Part shown: in pieces, positions 61,585-64,000 of the stretch
Layout of the letters: each line of letters opens with the position of its first letter
Position numbering within the stretch: the first letter of the stretch is position 1
From: Eledone cirrhosa
Lineage: Eukaryota
DNA: 64,000 nucleotides
Direction of reading: 5' to 3'
NCBI GenBank assembly: GCA_964016885.1
Contig: OZ024743.1
Location: 150,350,001 to 150,414,000 of the forward strand
Notes under the pieces: model-generated
Database searches by the model: none
Seen by the model: the letters and a program-made list of their open reading frames with translations, nothing else
Told to the model about the DNA's origin: nothing
Made by a program: the position numbers and the translations under genes

Positions 61585-64000
61585 CACCTGTATGGTGATG
61601 AGTCAGCTGGAAACTGGAGTTCAGCTGATGAAACCCAGGATGAAACCCTAACGGAGGGGTCGGTAGCGGAAACTGCCATGCTGAAGCAGTTGTTCTTCTC
61701 GCGCCTACCGACCAACATACATGCAATTTTGGCCCCCATTAGGGATACTTGCACGGTGGATCAGCTTGCCGCCTCCACGGACAAAGTTTTCGAAGTTACG
61801 GGTGCTGGAGGCAGCGACGCCCTTGCCGCTGTTTCCCAACCAGCTCAGGCCACACCTGGCCATGCGCGGCAGATCCTATAGAGAGCTCAGCTATTATAGC
61901 GATGCAGAAGGCCATTCAGGAACTCACCATGGAGCTTCGGAAGGTGAAGGTCTGGTGTGGTGCCCGTTCGCGCCCCCGCAGCCACGGGAGATCTCAATCT
62001 TTTAGACGCCGCTCCAAGTCACCAGCTTCATCCTTATGCTGGTACCATGAGCGATTCGCCGAGATAGCGAACCACTGCGTGCAACCTTGCTCGTTTCATA
62101 AGGCGGGAAACGCCTAAGAAGTCCGCTGATGGGGGCAGTTGACCTCAACATAAAGCCACCAAACCGCCATTTCTTCATTAAGGAGCTTATGTCGGGAAGA
62201 GGTTTCATCGTGGATACAGGAGCCTCCTGTAGTATTTGGCCGGTCCATTGCCTGAAAGATACCCCCCGAAGAGTCATCCGTTACTCTGCAGGCCGTTAAT
62301 CACTCGTCTATAAAGACGTACGGACAAATCTCGCTTCCTCTCAAATTCCTAAATCTTCGTAGGGATTTTAAGTGGATTTTTACGGTTGCCGATTTGCCAT
62401 ACCCTATCTTAGGAGCGGACTTCCTCCACAACTTCTCTTTGACTGTGGACGTCCGTGGCCAACGCCTGGTGGATGACATCACTGGTTTTTCAATTCGTGG
62501 GCAGAAAGCTAATTTTCCAACGGTTAGCCCGACCTTTTTCATCGCTAATGCTGGGAATCTCTATCATGCATTGTTGAATTCTTTCCCACAGCTTACTCAG
62601 GGAAATTTTCGAGTTGTCGAACCGACTCACACAACGGAGCATTTTATCTCTACAACTGGCGCCCCAGTGTTCTCTCTCACGCCCACGTCGCTTACCGGCG
62701 GACAAATTAAAGGCAGCACGGTCCGAGTTCGACCATATGCTGCAGTTGGGCATTATTCGCCCATCTACGAGTCATTGGGCTTCACCGTTACACATGGTGC
62801 CCAAGACTTCTGGTGACTGGAGATCCACTGGGGATTATACGAGGTTAAATGCTATGACCGTCCAGGATAGGTATCCCATTCCCCATCTCCAGGATTTCGC
62901 ATCTTCATTGCAGGGGTGTAAGATTTTCTCAAAACTAGATTTAGTGCGAGCCTACCACCAAATTCCGGTCAGGAAGGAGGATATTCCGAAAACGGCGATT
63001 ACAACTCCTTTCGGATCCTTCGAATTTTTGACCATGCCTTTTGAACTCAGGAATGCCGCTAGCACTTTTCAGCGGTTCATAGACGAAGTCACTCGTGGTC
63101 TGGACTTTGTTTATGCTTACATAGACGATATTCTCGTCGCTAGTTCCTCGCCGGAAGAGCATATGCGCCACATGCATATCTTATTTCGGCGACTTCAGGA
63201 TTACCGCGTTCGTGTGAATCCTGCAAAGTGTGTTTACGGTTCCACTTCGCTAAATTTTTTAAGCCACCTCATCCACGCCGAAGGTATTAGGCCGCTCCCT
63301 CAGCGAGTTCTAGCCATACAGGATTTACCTCCGCCTACTACACTTCACCAGTTGCGTCACTTCTTAGGCCTTATCAATTTCTATAGGCGTTTCGTTCCTC
63401 ATTGTGCTAATTTGCTATCTTCATTTTGAAAAATCGTCGTAAGAAGAATGAGGTTATTTCCTTGACACAAGGACAGCTTCAAGACTTCCAGACTACCAAG
63501 ACAGCACTCGCTAGTTCATCTTTGCTAGCCCAGCCGGTACCAAAGGCCAAGCTTTCGCTTTGTGTTGATGCATCTGATACCGCTGTGGGAGCAGTTTTAC
63601 AGCAGTTCAACGCTGGAAACCAACAACCTTTGGCATTTTTCTCGAGGAAGCTGAAACCAGCAGAAACGCGTTACAGCACGTTTGGGCGGTAATTATTAGC
63701 CATATATCTGTCGGTGAAACATTTCTCTCATATTCTTGAGGGGAGAAATTTTAACCGACCACAAACCTCTAACCTTCGCTTTGAGGGCTAAAGCCGACAG
63801 ATATTCGCCCAGAGAGACAAGGAACCTGGACTACGTTTCGCAATTTACAAATGATATCCAGCACATTGCTGGCTCGCTTAACATAGCTGCAGACGCATTG
63901 TCACGTTTACCAATCAGCTCCATCTCGTCATCCCAGGAGATCAACTTAGGTCGTTTAGCTGCAGACCAACCTGCACTCCAATCGTTGGATACTCTTTCTG
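61585..64000 (+). mobile_element. Ty3/Gypsy LTR retrotransposon internal region (gag C-terminus, protease, RT, RNase H), frameshifted; runs off the window
   Basis: gag LKQLFFSRLP..CWYHERF..HCVQPCSF; protease FIVDTGAS and PILGADFL; [39 protein letters not shown]; RNase H VDASDTAVGAVLQQ, FFSRKL. Confidence 0.95.
62105..62111 (+). promoter_or_regulatory. Putative -1 ribosomal frameshift heptamer G GGA AAC at the gag/pol junction
   Basis: In gag frame, one codon before the stop (GCG GGA AAC GCC TAA), upstream of protease. Confidence 0.65.

Overview
AT-rich, microsatellite-dense eukaryotic DNA that is intergenic or deep-intronic. I found no convincing host protein-coding exon. The repeat content (tRNA-derived SINEs of octopus type, RTE, R4/Dong, CR1, Penelope-like elements, maT/mariner, hAT, piggyBac MITEs, Chapaev3, Gypsy) points to an octopod cephalopod; this is inferred from family recognition, not a database search. 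Almost every ORF in the track is a TE remnant or a microsatellite read-through. Best-preserved elements: a 5'-truncated RTE (31013-32902, 12-bp TSD) nested in a Penelope ORF, an internally deleted Chapaev3 transposon (44759-46464, TTA TSD), a maT transposon (9747-11032) and a Gypsy gag-pol remnant (61585-64000). The most notable signal is a recurring non-coding architecture: head-to-head palindromes next to (TA)n tracts that carry outward-facing hammerhead-ribozyme (HHR) cores. The largest is a ~1.4-kb palindrome (27730-29169) with one apparently intact minimal type I HHR per arm and a 433-bp periodicity. Several unrelated HHR-like motifs in the window share a U-U pair at the base of stem II. 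Coordinates were counted by eye; boundaries of degenerate elements are approximate.
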